A DNA stretch of 64,000 nucleotides from Candidatus Poribacteria bacterium (GCA_963665845.2 OY762492.1:3776001-3840000), one strand, 5' to 3'; shown: positions 10,105-20,275, numbered from the stretch's first letter. Notes: generated by a model from the sequence alone, not told the origin. Numbers and translations are program-made.

Positions 10105-10903
10105 GTTCGTTGCCGGTTTGCTGCCGGCGCTGCTGTTGGCGTGCGCGGTCGGATGCGGTCCGCTGCGTTCCGCGAATCTGTTGACGACGCAGCAGGAGGT
10201 CGCTCTCGGCGCCGACTTTGACGCGGAGATCATGAAAGATTCCGCCGAGTTGAAGAATCATCCGGCGGTCGGTTATGTGAACGATCTGACGCAGCGGCTC
10301 GCCGTGTACTGTAAGCGTCCAGATTTAACCTACCATGTGAAGGTTCTTATATCGGACGATGTGAACGCCTTTGCGCAGCTGGGCGGCTATCTTTACGTCA
10401 ATACGGGTCTCATTCTGGCGGCGGAATCGGAGGCGGAGCTGGCGGCGGTCATTGCCCATGAGATTGCGCATGTGGTCGGGCGGCACAGCGCTCAAGCGTT
10501 GACCAAGCAGGTCGGCCTCGCGCTGTTGACGGAGGCGGTCTCCGGCGGAAAGGACGCCTCGGACACGCGGAAAATTCTGGGCGGAGGGCTGTATCTTGCA
10601 GGTACCGGTTTTATGTTGAAATACAGCCGCGAAGATGAGATGGAGGCGGACGCGCTTGCCGTTCAAAACCTGTACGACGCGGGGATGGATCCATACGGCA
10701 TGGCGTCGTTTTTGGGTACGTTAGCCCGAATGAGCGGCAGGGAGCCGTCCCGTCTGGAGGTTCTCTTGTCAACGCACCCCGCGACTCAGGAGCGGGTCGA
10801 GAGGGCGCGCGCTCTGGCGGCGCGGCTTCCTCCCATCCAGGCGGGCGGCGGCGACAACCGTTTAAGACAGGTCAAAGCGGCGCTGCGGCGCTCCGTCAGG
10901 TAA
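10085..10903 (+). CDS. M48-family zinc metalloprotease, probable lipoprotein
   Basis: VNAFA, HEIAH, YSREDEMEAD and STHP motifs; Cys-containing signal peptide. Confidence 0.9.
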   Translation: MRYGFRKFVAGLLPALLLACAVGCGPLRSANLLTTQQEVALGADFDAEIMKDSAELKNHPAVGYVNDLTQRLAVYCKRPDLTYHVKVLISDDVNAFAQLGGYLYVNTGLILAAESEAELAAVIAHEIAHVVGRHSAQALTKQVGLALLTEAVSGGKDASDTRKILGGGLYLAGTGFMLKYSREDEMEADALAVQNLYDAGMDPYGMASFLGTLARMSGREPSRLEVLLSTHPATQERVERARALAARLPPIQAGGGDNRLRQVKAALRRSVR

Positions 10904-10940
10904 AATAAATAAGAAGCGGCGCATAACAAGAGGAGGAAAC

Positions 10941-12518
10941 ATGAGCGAGAACAAATTCCCGACCCAAGAAGAGATTCAACGCGATTTCGCCGAATTCATG
11001 AAGCAAAAATACGGCGATCAGGTGCGCATCGGCGTCGAAGTTCAAGGGCAGCGGGAAGTGGAGCCGCCCGAAGAGCAGGACAACCAGGAGCGCATCCGGC
11101 GCATACTGGAATTCGACATGACCCCGCGCGAGGTGAAGGCGTATCTGGACAGGTTCGTTATCGGGCAAGTGGACGCGAAGCGCGCCCTGTCGATTGCGAT
11201 CTGCGACCATTACAACCATGTGCGCCATGCGCATGAACATCCAGAGACGCGCGAGGAGGAGTACTCCAAGCAGAACGTCATCATGGTCGGTCCGACAGGC
11301 GTCGGCAAAACCTATCTGATCAGAACCTTGGCGAAACTGATTGGCGTTCCGTTTGTGAAGGCGGACGCGACGAAGTTCAGCGAAACGGGCTATGTCGGCG
11401 GCAATGTGGAAGACCTGGTGCGCGACCTCGCCACGCAGGCGGGCGGCGACATTGAGCTGGCGCAGTACGGCATCGTCTATCTGGACGAGGTGGACAAGAT
11501 CGCCGCGCCGCGCAACACCATCGGGCGCGATGTGAGCGGCCGCGGCGTTCAAATGAACCTGCTGAAAATGCTAGAGGACGCGGATGTGGAACTCCGCTCG
11601 CCGTTGGACGCCGCGGGACAGATGCAGGCGGTGATGGAATTTCAGCAAAAAGGCAAGGTCGAAAAACCGACCATCAACACGGGATGCATCCTGTTCATTG
11701 TGAGCGGCGCGTTTGTGGATCTGGCGGACATTGTGCGGAAGCGGCTAAACAGGGCGATGATCGGATTCGGCGGAAATGTGGAGCGGGACGAGGACGCCGA
11801 GTTTATCGCCAAAGCGCGCTCGGACGACTTCGTGAAATACGGCTTTGAGCCAGAGTTTATCGGACGCTTGCCGGTGCGCGTCTTCTGTCATCAGCTGTCG
11901 GTCGATCATCTGTATGAGATACTGAACAGCTCGGAAGGTTCCATCATCCGCCAGTATGAGCGGGCGTTTCGGGCGTACGGCATTGAGGCGGTTTTTGAAG
12001 AGGGCGGAATGCGCGCCATCGCGGAGCGTTCCGAGGCGGAGCAAACAGGCGCCCGCGGCTTGATGACCGTCTGCGAGCGGTTGTTTCGGGACTTTAAATT
12101 TGAGCTGCCGGGTTCGAAGGCGTCCATGTTTGTGGCGGACCGCGCCTTTGTTGAAAAGCCGAAGGCGACGCTGGAGCGGCTGTTGAACGACGACGAGTTC
12201 CGTTCCCGGTCGGCGGCGCGATTCGATCTGCGCCGTTTCTCCGATGAGTTCCGCCAAGCAAACGAGATCGATCTGGAGTTTCAAGAGACGGCGATCAACG
12301 CGCTCATTGAACGGGCGGAAGCGGCGGGGCAAGGGGTGTATGAAACGGCGGCGGAGCTGCTGAAAGATTACGCGCATGGACTCGGACTCATACGCCGAAA
12401 CACCGGCAGAACGCGCTTTGAAATGGACGCTCACGTGATCGCGGACGCGGACGCGGCGTTGAGCGAATGGATACGCGCTTCATACGCCCAGAAGCTGATC
12501 CCGACCGATTCCGATTAA
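10941..12518 (+). CDS. ClpX-like AAA+ ATPase without the N-terminal zinc finger, with a C-terminal extension
   Basis: GPTGVGKT, DATKFSETGYVG, LDEVDKI, RDVSGRGVQ, IGF loop, PEFIGRLP, TGARGL. Confidence 0.88.
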   Translation: MSENKFPTQEEIQRDFAEFMKQKYGDQVRIGVEVQGQREVEPPEEQDNQERIRRILEFDMTPREVKAYLDRFVIGQVDAKRALSIAICDHYNHVRHAHEHPETREEEYSKQNVIMVGPTGVGKTYLIRTLAKLIGVPFVKADATKFSETGYVGGNVEDLVRDLATQAGGDIELAQYGIVYLDEVDKIAAPRNTIGRDVSGRGVQMNLLKMLEDADVELRSPLDAAGQMQAVMEFQQKGKVEKPTINTGCILFIVSGAFVDLADIVRKRLNRAMIGFGGNVERDEDAEFIAKARSDDFVKYGFEPEFIGRLPVRVFCHQLSVDHLYEILNSSEGSIIRQYERAFRAYGIEAVFEEGGMRAIAERSEAEQTGARGLMTVCERLFRDFKFELPGSKASMFVADRAFVEKPKATLERLLNDDEFRSRSAARFDLRRFSDEFRQANEIDLEFQETAINALIERAEAAGQGVYETAAELLKDYAHGLGLIRRNTGRTRFEMDAHVIADADAALSEWIRASYAQKLIPTDSD

Positions 12519-12569
12519 CTAAAACAGGCTGCGTCTTCCCATTCAAAATGCAAAAAAAGGAGCCTCTTC

Positions 12570-14606
12570 ATGATCGTTTTTGGGCGGCATATTGACGGGT
12601 ACCATGACGTCGAGAATCAGATGGCGGAGGATCTGCGCCGACGGGCGGAAGCGCATTTTCGCCGCCAAGAACGGGAGCGCGCGCAGATCGCCACCGCCGC
12701 CGACTTTGAAGCGCGCCGAAGCCGAATTCAGCAGCGTTATCTGGAGGCGCTCGGCGGCCTCCCGACAGAGCGAACGCCGCTGAACGCCCGCATAACAGGA
12801 CTCCTCCAGCGAGACGGCTTCCGTATCGAGAAGCTGATCTATGAAAGCGTCCCGAACTTCTATGTCACCGCGGCGCTGTATGTCCCGGACGGGATAGAGG
12901 CGCCGACGCCGGCGGTCGTCTTCGCGCACGGGCATGCGGACAGCGGCAAGTCGTACCCCGTCTACCAGTCGGTTTGCGTTGATCTCGCCTCCGCCGGCTT
13001 TGTCGTCATGGCGATCGACCCGCTGGGTCAGGGCGAGCGGTTTCAGTATATGGACGCCGCGACGGGCAAACGGCTCATCGCCGGCTGCACAACCGACCAT
13101 ACGCATGCGGGGATGCAGTTCACCGTCGCGGGGGCGAGCATCGCCCGCCATTTTATCTGGGACCTGATGCGCGGGATCGACTATCTTGAGACGCGGGCGG
13201 AAGTGGACGCGGACAAGATCGGAATCACCGGAAATTCAGGCGGAGGGACGCAGTCGTCGCTGCTCATGATGTGCGAGCCGAGGCTGGCTGCCGCCGTCCC
13301 ATGCACCTTTATCATGACGCTGGAATCGTATATGCGGACGGGGCAGGGGCAGGACAGCGAGCAGATTGTGCCGGGATGTTTTGCGCATGGACCCGACCAT
13401 GACGATTACATTACGGCGATGGCGCCGAAGCCTGTTCTGGTCGGCTCCGTCGCATACGACTATTTCCCGATCGAAGGCGCGATGGAGGCGGTCAAGCGGG
13501 CGAAGCGGATGTACGCCCTTTACGGCGCCAGCGACAAGGTCAACATCGCCGTCTCCAACGCGCGGCATGAATACACCCCGAAGCTGCGCCAAGCATGCGT
13601 CAACTGGTTCAAGCGGCATCTGAAGGGCGAGGAGCCTGATTTCAAAACGGGAACGCCCGAAACGCTGCCTGAACAAGATCTGTGGGCAACCTCAAAAGGG
13701 CAGGTTCTGCTGGAGTATCCCGACAGCTTGACGGCGCACCATCTGAACAAGCGGCGCGTTCAGAAAACCCCCCCTCCCCCCTTACAAAGGGGGGCAGGGG
13801 GGTTTGACCGCAAGCCGTTGTCGGCTGAAGAGGCGCGCGCCGCCGTCGTCAGACGCCTCGGCATTGACGGCGACCGTTCCCGCCCGATCTATCCGCGCAT
13901 CATCTATGAAGGGAATAAGGACGGGTTCGGCGTCGAGAAAATCTTTTTCTTTTCAGAACCGAGAATCGCTGTGACGGGCGTTTTCATGCGTCCGCCGGCA
14001 GAGACGGCGCCTGTCCGAACCGACATCGTCCTGTTCGACAAAGGAACAAGCGAGGGGCCGGAACGCGCCGACTGGATCCAAGAGCGGCTGAACGCCGGCG
14101 TTCAGCTGTTTCTGTTCGATGTCCGCGGGACGGGAGCCGTCGCGCAGCGCCACTTCAAACCCGACCGGGAACCGTACACCGCCGCCTACAAGATGGCGTG
14201 CGACGCGATGATGCTCGGCGTCTCGACGACCGGCATGCGCGTTTTGGACGCCCTCCGCGCGTACGACTATCTGAAAACGCGGGCGGATGTGAACGAAATC
14301 GGCATGGTCGGCTTTGAGCGCGGGGCGATCTACGCCTATTTCGCCGCCGCTATTGAAACGGGAATCGCATCCGTTCAGTTGTACGACATGCTCGCCTCGT
14401 ATCAGAACCTTGTCGAGACGCGGTATTACGACAGGACGCGCTACCATCTCGACATCCTGCCGTACGGCGCATTGAGCGCGTTTGATCTTGGAGACCTGCT
14501 GCCCTGCTTTGAGGGGCGAAGCGTTGAGTTGATCAGCCCGCGTACGGCGACCGGCGAACCGATGAGCGATGAGGAGCTGGAGCGTCTCTTTTGGAGCAAG
14601 AAATGA
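12570..14606 (+). CDS. Two-domain alpha/beta hydrolase (acetylxylan esterase-like)
   Basis: GNSGGG nucleophile elbow, HGH, DPLGQGER; second, degenerate hydrolase domain. Confidence 0.82.
   Translation: MIVFGRHIDGYHDVENQMAEDLRRRAEAHFRRQERERAQIATAADFEARRSRIQQRYLEALGGLPTERTPLNARITGLLQRDGFRIEKLIYESVPNFYVTAALYVPDGIEAPTPAVVFAHGHADSGKSYPVYQSVCVDLASAGFVVMAIDPLGQGERFQYMDAATGKRLIAGCTTDHTHAGMQFTVAGASIARHFIWDLMRGIDYLETRAEVDADKIGITGNSGGGTQSSLLMMCEPRLAAAVPCTFIMTLESYMRTGQGQDSEQIVPGCFAHGPDHDDYITAMAPKPVLVGSVAYDYFPIEGAMEAVKRAKRMYALYGASDKVNIAVSNARHEYTPKLRQACVNWFKRHLKGEEPDFKTGTPETLPEQDLWATSKGQVLLEYPDSLTAHHLNKRRVQKTPPPPLQRGAGGFDRKPLSAEEARAAVVRRLGIDGDRSRPIYPRIIYEGNKDGFGVEKIFFFSEPRIAVTGVFMRPPAETAPVRTDIVLFDKGTSEGPERADWIQERLNAGVQLFLFDVRGTGAVAQRHFKPDREPYTAAYKMACDAMMLGVSTTGMRVLDALRAYDYLKTRADVNEIGMVGFERGAIYAYFAAAIETGIASVQLYDMLASYQNLVETRYYDRTRYHLDILPYGALSAFDLGDLLPCFEGRSVELISPRTATGEPMSDEELERLFWSKK
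13764..13807. repeat. CCCCCTT-N3-AAGGGGG hairpin repeat inside a CDS
   Basis: AAAACCCCCCCTCCCCCCTTACAAAGGGGGGCAGGGGGGTTT; intergenic relatives at about 22680, 24338, 38560, 48498 and 50525. Confidence 0.78.
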
Positions 14607-15805
14607 GGCGGGCTGACCCCATGCCTAAAGTTGGGACATTTGAACAAATGATCGCTCTATTTATGGGAAAAAGGCGCCGCCAACCAAGCCGTCATTCCCG
14701 CGTAAGCGGGAATCTAGAGGCGTCGCAGAAACTGTCCGCATTCGCCTGCCGACATGTCTCAACTAAAGACGTAAGGTCAGGATGGGCAATTGCGCTCGCG
14801 TTGATCTTATGCGCGGGAACCGCATGGGGAACTGAACATGCGGCGCCGTTTGCGGAATTCGCGCTGGAGAAGGCGGCGGAAGCGGAGCGTCTCAAAACGG
14901 CCGTTGTGAAGGGGGAGGACGGGTGGCTCTTCTTTGCGCCGGAGCTGCGCAGCCTCGGCGTTGGAGAGTTTTGGGGACAAAAGGCGGCGCAGGTCAGCAA
15001 AACGGCCAACCCCGAATACGCCGACCCGCTCCCCGCCATACTGGACTTCAACCGTCAGCTGAAGGGCGCGTCCATACGTTTAATAATGGTACCCGTTCCC
15101 GCGAAGGCGGCCGTCTATCCCGACAAACTGTCCGCCCAGTTTCCTTTTCATAAAGAAAAAGAGGCGGAACGGTACGACGCCAACGCGGCGCGCTTTTACG
15201 ATCTCCTGCGCGACAACGGCGTCGAAGTTCTCGACCTAACGCCGATATTTTGGAAGGCGCGCCTTGAGGCGACGCCGACCGACCCGCCGCTTTACTGCCT
15301 GCAGGACACGCACTGGTCGGGGCGGGCATGCGAACTGGCGGCGCAGGCTATAGCCGAAGCGGTCGGAGAGCCGAGCTGGTTTGCGCAGATCGAAAAACGC
15401 GCCTATGAAACGACCGAACGCGAAACGATCATCGAAGGCGACCTGTGGAAAATGGCGGGAGACGCCGCGCTGCCCAAAGAGACGCTGCGGCTCCAACATG
15501 CGGACGCGGGCGTCCGGCGGGAAAGCCCCGTTCTGCTCTTGGGCGACAGCCACTGCCTCGTCTTTCATGACGGCGGCGATATGCATGCGAAGGGGGCGGG
15601 GCTGGCGGATCATCTGGCGGCGCGGTTCGGCATCCCGGTCGATCTGCTGGGCGTGCGCGGGTCGGGGGCGACGCCGTCGCGCATCGCGCTCTTTCGACGG
15701 CGCGACAACCTCAAAGGCAAGCGGGTTGTCATATGGTGTTTCAGCGCGCGGGAGTTCACCGAAAGCGCGCAGGGCTGGCGGAAAGTTCCAGTCATTCAAC
15801 CGTAG
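14603..15805 (+). CDS. AlgX/AlgJ-like SGNH-fold periplasmic protein with an in-frame MITE in its signal peptide
   Basis: GEDGWLFF, VPAKAAVYPD, DTHWS and LLGDSH motifs. ATG overlaps the upstream stop. Removing 14613-14780 gives MRRGWAIALALILCAGTAWG. Confidence 0.8.
   Translation: MRRADPMPKVGTFEQMIALFMGKRRRQPSRHSRVSGNLEASQKLSAFACRHVSTKDVRSGWAIALALILCAGTAWGTEHAAPFAEFALEKAAEAERLKTAVVKGEDGWLFFAPELRSLGVGEFWGQKAAQVSKTANPEYADPLPAILDFNRQLKGASIRLIMVPVPAKAAVYPDKLSAQFPFHKEKEAERYDANAARFYDLLRDNGVEVLDLTPIFWKARLEATPTDPPLYCLQDTHWSGRACELAAQAIAEAVGEPSWFAQIEKRAYETTERETIIEGDLWKMAGDAALPKETLRLQHADAGVRRESPVLLLGDSHCLVFHDGGDMHAKGAGLADHLAARFGIPVDLLGVRGSGATPSRIALFRRRDNLKGKRVVIWCFSAREFTESAQGWRKVPVIQP
14613..14780 (+). 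mobile_element. MITE-like element, copy 2 (168 bp, in-frame in a CDS)
   Basis: TIRs CTGACCCCATGCCTAAAGTTGGGACA / TGTCTCAACTAAAGACGTAAGGTCAG; internal GTCATTCCCGCGTAAGCGGGAATC. Confidence 0.85.
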
Positions 15806-15819
15806 AAAGAAAAAGCGAT

Positions 15820-18800
15820 ATGGACGCGGCAATTCGAGACTACATCAAAGCGCTGAACGAGAACCTAGCGAAAGGAACGGCGGGAGAGCATACGCATCGC
15901 CCCGCGCTGAAAACGTTTATCGAAGCGGCGTTCAACGATGTCCATGCCGTCAACGAACCGAAGCGCATCGAGTGCGGATCGCCCGACCTTCAGATCGTGA
16001 AGAAAGGCGCAAGCCCGCTGACGGTCGGATATATCGAGGCGAAAGACATCCATGTCGATTTGAAAGCCATCGACCATGACAGCGGCTTAAGGAACCCGAA
16101 AACACCGAACGGACAGCAGCTGAAACGTTACCGCGAAGGTTTGCCGAACCTCATCTTGACGAATTATCTCGATTTGTATTGGTATGTGGACGGCGAACGT
16201 CGGCTGGACGCTTGCTTAGCTCAAGTGTCCGCGGGCATGTACAAGGCAAGTTTAGAGCTCGCGCCGCGCGAACTTCTGAACGGGTTTATGTCCCATTCGC
16301 TGATGCCGATCGCGCGCCCTGACGATCTCGCGCAGCGCATGGCGGGGCTGGCGCGGCTCATACGCGAATCGATACAGGACAGCTTCAACAGCGACGAGCC
16401 GCCCGCCGACCTGCAGGAGCTTTATGAAGCGTCTGAGCAGGCGCTGGACCCTGAATTGAAGCTGGACGACTTTATCGACATGTTCACGCAGACGCTCGCA
16501 TACGGGCTGTTTGCGGCGCGCGTCAACCATGATGAGACGGATCGGTTCGACCGCCAGAAAGCGGCGTATGAGATTCCGTCGCCCAACCCGTTTATCCAAA
16601 AAATGTTCCATCTGATTGTCGGTCCGCAGCTGAACAATACGCCGTTCGTTCATTATGTGGACGATCTGACGCGGCTGCTCAACAACGTCGACATGCATGC
16701 GCTGCTCGCCGACTTTGGACGCGGGACTGGCTTGCAAGACCCGATCATGCATTTCTACGAAACGTTTTTGGACGCTTACGATCCAGCGCTGCGGAGACAA
16801 CGAGGCGTGTACTACACCCCCAGCGCGGTCATCGGGTATATCGTCCGGTCGGTCAACATTCTCCTGAAGGAGCGGTTCGGCTGCATTGACGGGCTTGCCG
16901 ACCCGTCCAAAATAAGGCGTCCTGCGGACTCTCACCGCGTCTTGATTCTGGATCCCGCCTGCGGCACCGGCTCCTTCCTGTATGCCGTTGTGAACCATAT
17001 CCGCGATCATTTTGAGACAAGCGGACGCGCCGGCATGTGGAAAAACTATGTCAAAGAGCATCTATTGCCGCGCCTGTTTGGGTTTGAGCTGCTGACAGCG
17101 CCGTACGCGATGGCGCATCTGCGGCTCTGGATGCAGCTCTCCGCGCTGGACAAGGCGCCTGATCAGCGCGGCGCATGGGAGTATGAATTCGCCCCGAATG
17201 AACGAATCGGCGTCTATCTGACCAACTCGCTGCATAAAGCCGAGGCCTTACAGAAGCCGATCGGATTCCTCGGCGTCTTGACCGACGAAGCGAACGCCGC
17301 CGTCAACATCAAAAGCGAACTGCCTGTCATGGTGGTTCTCGGCAACCCGCCTTACGCCGGGCATTCCGCCAACAAGGGCGCATGGATCCGGGAGAAAATT
17401 GACGATTACAAGAAGATCAACGGCGAATCGATCCATGAGCGGAATATAAAGTGGCTGAGCGACGACTATGTGAAGTTCATTCGGTTTGGGCAGTGGCGCA
17501 TCGAAGAAACAGGGTCGGGGATTCTCGCCTTCATCACGAATCATGGGTATATCGACAACGTTACCTTTCGAGGAATGCGCAAGAGTTTGCTGGAAACCTT
17601 CGACGAGATTTATCTGCTGGATTTACACGGGAACGCCCGCAAAGGCGAACAGGCGCCGGACGGCGGGCCTGACGAGAACGTCTTCAATATCCAGCAGGGA
17701 GTCGCCATCGGCATCTTTGTCAAAAATGAACGGAAGGACGGGGAGAAAAAGGCGTTAGCGTCCGTTTACCATGCCGATTTGTGGGGCATACGGGATGAGA
17801 AATACAAGGCGCTGAACGAGACGGATTTACGCGGCACAGACTGGACAACAGTAGCGATAAAGGCGCCACAATACTACTTCAAGCACAACGGGGATGTGAA
17901 ATTAGAGGCTGAATGGCTGGAGTGGCCCAAGATCAACGACATCATGCCGGTCAATTCGGTGGGCATCAGAACGGCGCGCGACAAGCTGACGATTCATTTC
18001 GAAAAAGAGAATCTGATCAACACGATTCGCGAGTTTGCCGCCTTGTCGCCCGAAGAAGCCAGAGCGCGCTTTCATCTTCGACCCGATTCGCGCGATTGGA
18101 AAATCGAGTTGGCGCAAACCGATCTGAACGAATCGCAGCATTCGAATGAGAACGTCGTTCCGATTCTTTACCGCCCATTCGACAACCGATGGACATATTA
18201 CACAGGCAAGAGTCGCGGCTTTCACTGCATGCCTCGTCCGCAGGTGATGCGCCATATGCGGCGAGCAGAAACCATCGGTTTGCTTTTCGTGCGGCAGGTT
18301 ACATCTAAGGTCGGCTATACTCATTTTGGAGCGACTCGATACATCGTCGAAGGCGGCGCGCTTGGGAACGATATGGCAAGCGTCGCTCCGCTTTATCTGC
18401 AGCCGGGAGACGCGCCTAAATCCAGCCTCCCTGATCTGGGTCTACTGAAGCCGAACCTAGACGCCGCGTTCATCGAGACGCTGGAGGCGGCTCTTCGTCT
18501 CCGCTTTGCGCCTGACGGACCGGGCGATCTGGAGGAAACCTTCGGTCCGGAGGATGTGTTTCATTACATTTACGCCGTTTTCCATTCTCCCACCTACCGC
18601 TCCCGTTACGACGCCTTTTTGCGCATCGATTTTCCGCGCGTCCCGCCGATTTCGGATGTCGGTCTGTTTCGCCGTCTGGTTGAACTGGGTCGGGAGTTGA
18701 CGCAGGCGCATCTGTTGGAGTCGGCGGCGGTTCAGAATTTCAGGTTGAAGTTTCCGGAGGCGGGGGAGAATATCGTCGAAAAGAGCCATCCGAAGTATGT

Positions 18801-19104
18801 TGAGCCGGGCGCATCGTCGGGCTTGGAGGCGGGTCGGGTCTATATCAACAGCGGCGCTTCGACGTTGACGGAGCCGAGAGGCGGTCAATATTTTGAGGGC
18901 GTTTCGCCGGCGGTGTGGGAATTTCAGCTGGGCGGTTATCAGCCGATGCAGAAGTGGCTGAAGGATCGTCAGGGTCGGGCGTTGAGTTTTGACGATCAGA
19001 CGCATTACATGCGCATGGCGGGGGCGTTGGCGGAGACGCTTCGGCTGGCGCCGTTGATTGACGAGGCGGTCGGCGAGAGCGCGGATCTGTTCGCCACCGC
19101 ATGA
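15820..19104 (+). CDS. Fused type IIG-like restriction endonuclease / N6-adenine methyltransferase with a type ISP-like C-terminal specificity domain
   Basis: N-terminal PD...IEAK nuclease motif; GVYYTP, LDPACGTGSF and GNPPY; C-terminal YRPFD, DFPRVP and GGYQ...KWLKDR. Confidence 0.88.
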   Translation: MDAAIRDYIKALNENLAKGTAGEHTHRPALKTFIEAAFNDVHAVNEPKRIECGSPDLQIVKKGASPLTVGYIEAKDIHVDLKAIDHDSGLRNPKTPNGQQLKRYREGLPNLILTNYLDLYWYVDGERRLDACLAQVSAGMYKASLELAPRELLNGFMSHSLMPIARPDDLAQRMAGLARLIRESIQDSFNSDEPPADLQELYEASEQALDPELKLDDFIDMFTQTLAYGLFAARVNHDETDRFDRQKAAYEIPSPNPFIQKMFHLIVGPQLNNTPFVHYVDDLTRLLNNVDMHALLADFGRGTGLQDPIMHFYETFLDAYDPALRRQRGVYYTPSAVIGYIVRSVNILLKERFGCIDGLADPSKIRRPADSHRVLILDPACGTGSFLYAVVNHIRDHFETSGRAGMWKNYVKEHLLPRLFGFELLTAPYAMAHLRLWMQLSALDKAPDQRGAWEYEFAPNERIGVYLTNSLHKAEALQKPIGFLGVLTDEANAAVNIKSELPVMVVLGNPPYAGHSANKGAWIREKIDDYKKINGESIHERNIKWLSDDYVKFIRFGQWRIEETGSGILAFITNHGYIDNVTFRGMRKSLLETFDEIYLLDLHGNARKGEQAPDGGPDENVFNIQQGVAIGIFVKNERKDGEKKALASVYHADLWGIRDEKYKALNETDLRGTDWTTVAIKAPQYYFKHNGDVKLEAEWLEWPKINDIMPVNSVGIRTARDKLTIHFEKENLINTIREFAALSPEEARARFHLRPDSRDWKIELAQTDLNESQHSNENVVPILYRPFDNRWTYYTGKSRGFHCMPRPQVMRHMRRAETIGLLFVRQVTSKVGYTHFGATRYIVEGGALGNDMASVAPLYLQPGDAPKSSLPDLGLLKPNLDAAFIETLEAALRLRFAPDGPGDLEETFGPEDVFHYIYAVFHSPTYRSRYDAFLRIDFPRVPPISDVGLFRRLVELGRELTQAHLLESAAVQNFRLKFPEAGENIVEKSHPKYVEPGASSGLEAGRVYINSGASTLTEPRGGQYFEGVSPAVWEFQLGGYQPMQKWLKDRQGRALSFDDQTHYMRMAGALAETLRLAPLIDEAVGESADLFATA

Positions 19105-19204
19105 CCTCGCTTGTTGAGTTGCGCTTTTCGCTGATTCTGCAACGCAAAATCGTTTGCGTCCCACTTTTCCCAAATTATGAGACGCAAGCGGAAATCCAAA
19201 CGCC

Positions 19205-19232
19205 TTGCCTTCGCATCGAATGCGCGTATAAT
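19205..19232 (+). promoter_or_regulatory. Putative sigma70 promoter
   Basis: TTGCCT-N16-TATAAT, about 40 bp upstream of ATG 19272. Confidence 0.5.
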
Positions 19233-19271
19233 ATACGCATAGGCGGTTTTCTGTTTTGGGGCGGATGGCGC

Positions 19272-19994
19272 ATGAGCAAATTTGACGGCAACAACGCAAC
19301 GGATACGCTAGTGTCGCGCATACTGGAAGAGTTGAGCGCCGATCCAGAGGCAAAATGGAAACTTTTCAACGCGCTGCTTTCGGATGAAATGAAGCAGCTG
19401 CCGAGCCGCGTCAACAAATTGCAAGACGATGTGGATCAGCTGATGGACGATGTCCAGGTACTGAAAGAGGATGTCCGAGAACTGAAGACGGACATGGCGG
19501 AGGTGAAGAGCGACATCCGAGAAATGAAGGGCGACATCCGAGAACTAAAGATTTCCAACGCAGAAATGAAGGGCGACAACCTTGAGTTCAAGCTGGGCGT
19601 GCGCGCTAAATCGTACGTCTGCCAATGGCTAGGCTTGCAAGACCCCGTTATGCTGTCAAGTTACGTCGACTATTTGAGCAATGAATTGCATACGGCGGTC
19701 TCGAAAGCGCTGCAGGAAGGGCGCATCACCGAGCGGCAGGAACAGCGCATCGTCGCAACCGATGTGATCATGCGCGCAAAGCTTCGATCCGACAAATCGC
19801 CTGTATGCATAGCGCTTGAGGCGTCCTACACGATCGACGCGAGCGACATCGACCGCGCCAAAGAATCGGCGGACGCGCTCCATATCGTTACGGGCTTGCC
19901 GACCATACCGGTCGCTACGGGCTATCACATTTCCGACCAGACGATGCGTTACGCTGAAGAGCGGGGCGTGGAGGTTCGTATCGTATCGTCTTAG
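19272..19994 (+). CDS. Coiled-coil protein with a possible C-terminal PD-(D/E)xK-like domain
   Basis: Heptad repeats (LKEDVRE/LKTDMAE/VKSDIRE/MKGDIRE), then D...ALEASYTIDASDIDRA. Confidence 0.65.
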   Translation: MSKFDGNNATDTLVSRILEELSADPEAKWKLFNALLSDEMKQLPSRVNKLQDDVDQLMDDVQVLKEDVRELKTDMAEVKSDIREMKGDIRELKISNAEMKGDNLEFKLGVRAKSYVCQWLGLQDPVMLSSYVDYLSNELHTAVSKALQEGRITERQEQRIVATDVIMRAKLRSDKSPVCIALEASYTIDASDIDRAKESADALHIVTGLPTIPVATGYHISDQTMRYAEERGVEVRIVSS

Positions 19995-20275
19995 CGCGCC
20001 TCTTTGAGCGGCTCCAATTTGCCCGCCTTCTCCCATTCTTCCAGGTCGTCGTCGTCCCCGATATGCTTTCCGTCGATAAAGATCTGCGGCACATCGCTTC
20101 GTCCGCCGGTGAGTCCAGCAATTTCGTCCCGCAGCTTCGGCTCGTCCGGCCCGTAGATGTTCACCTCCTCATACGGAATATCGCGGTATTTGAGAATGTC
20201 CAGCGCCGTTTTGCAATACGGGCAGCCTGTGCGCGTGTAAATTTTGACGCGCGGTTTTGCGTCCGCTTTGTTCAT
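19991..20275 (-). CDS. Glutaredoxin (GrxC-like)
   Basis: CPYC active site; VPQIFIDGKHIG. Confidence 0.92.
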   Translation of the reverse strand: MNKADAKPRVKIYTRTGCPYCKTALDILKYRDIPYEEVNIYGPDEPKLRDEIAGLTGGRSDVPQIFIDGKHIGDDDDLEEWEKAGKLEPLKEAR

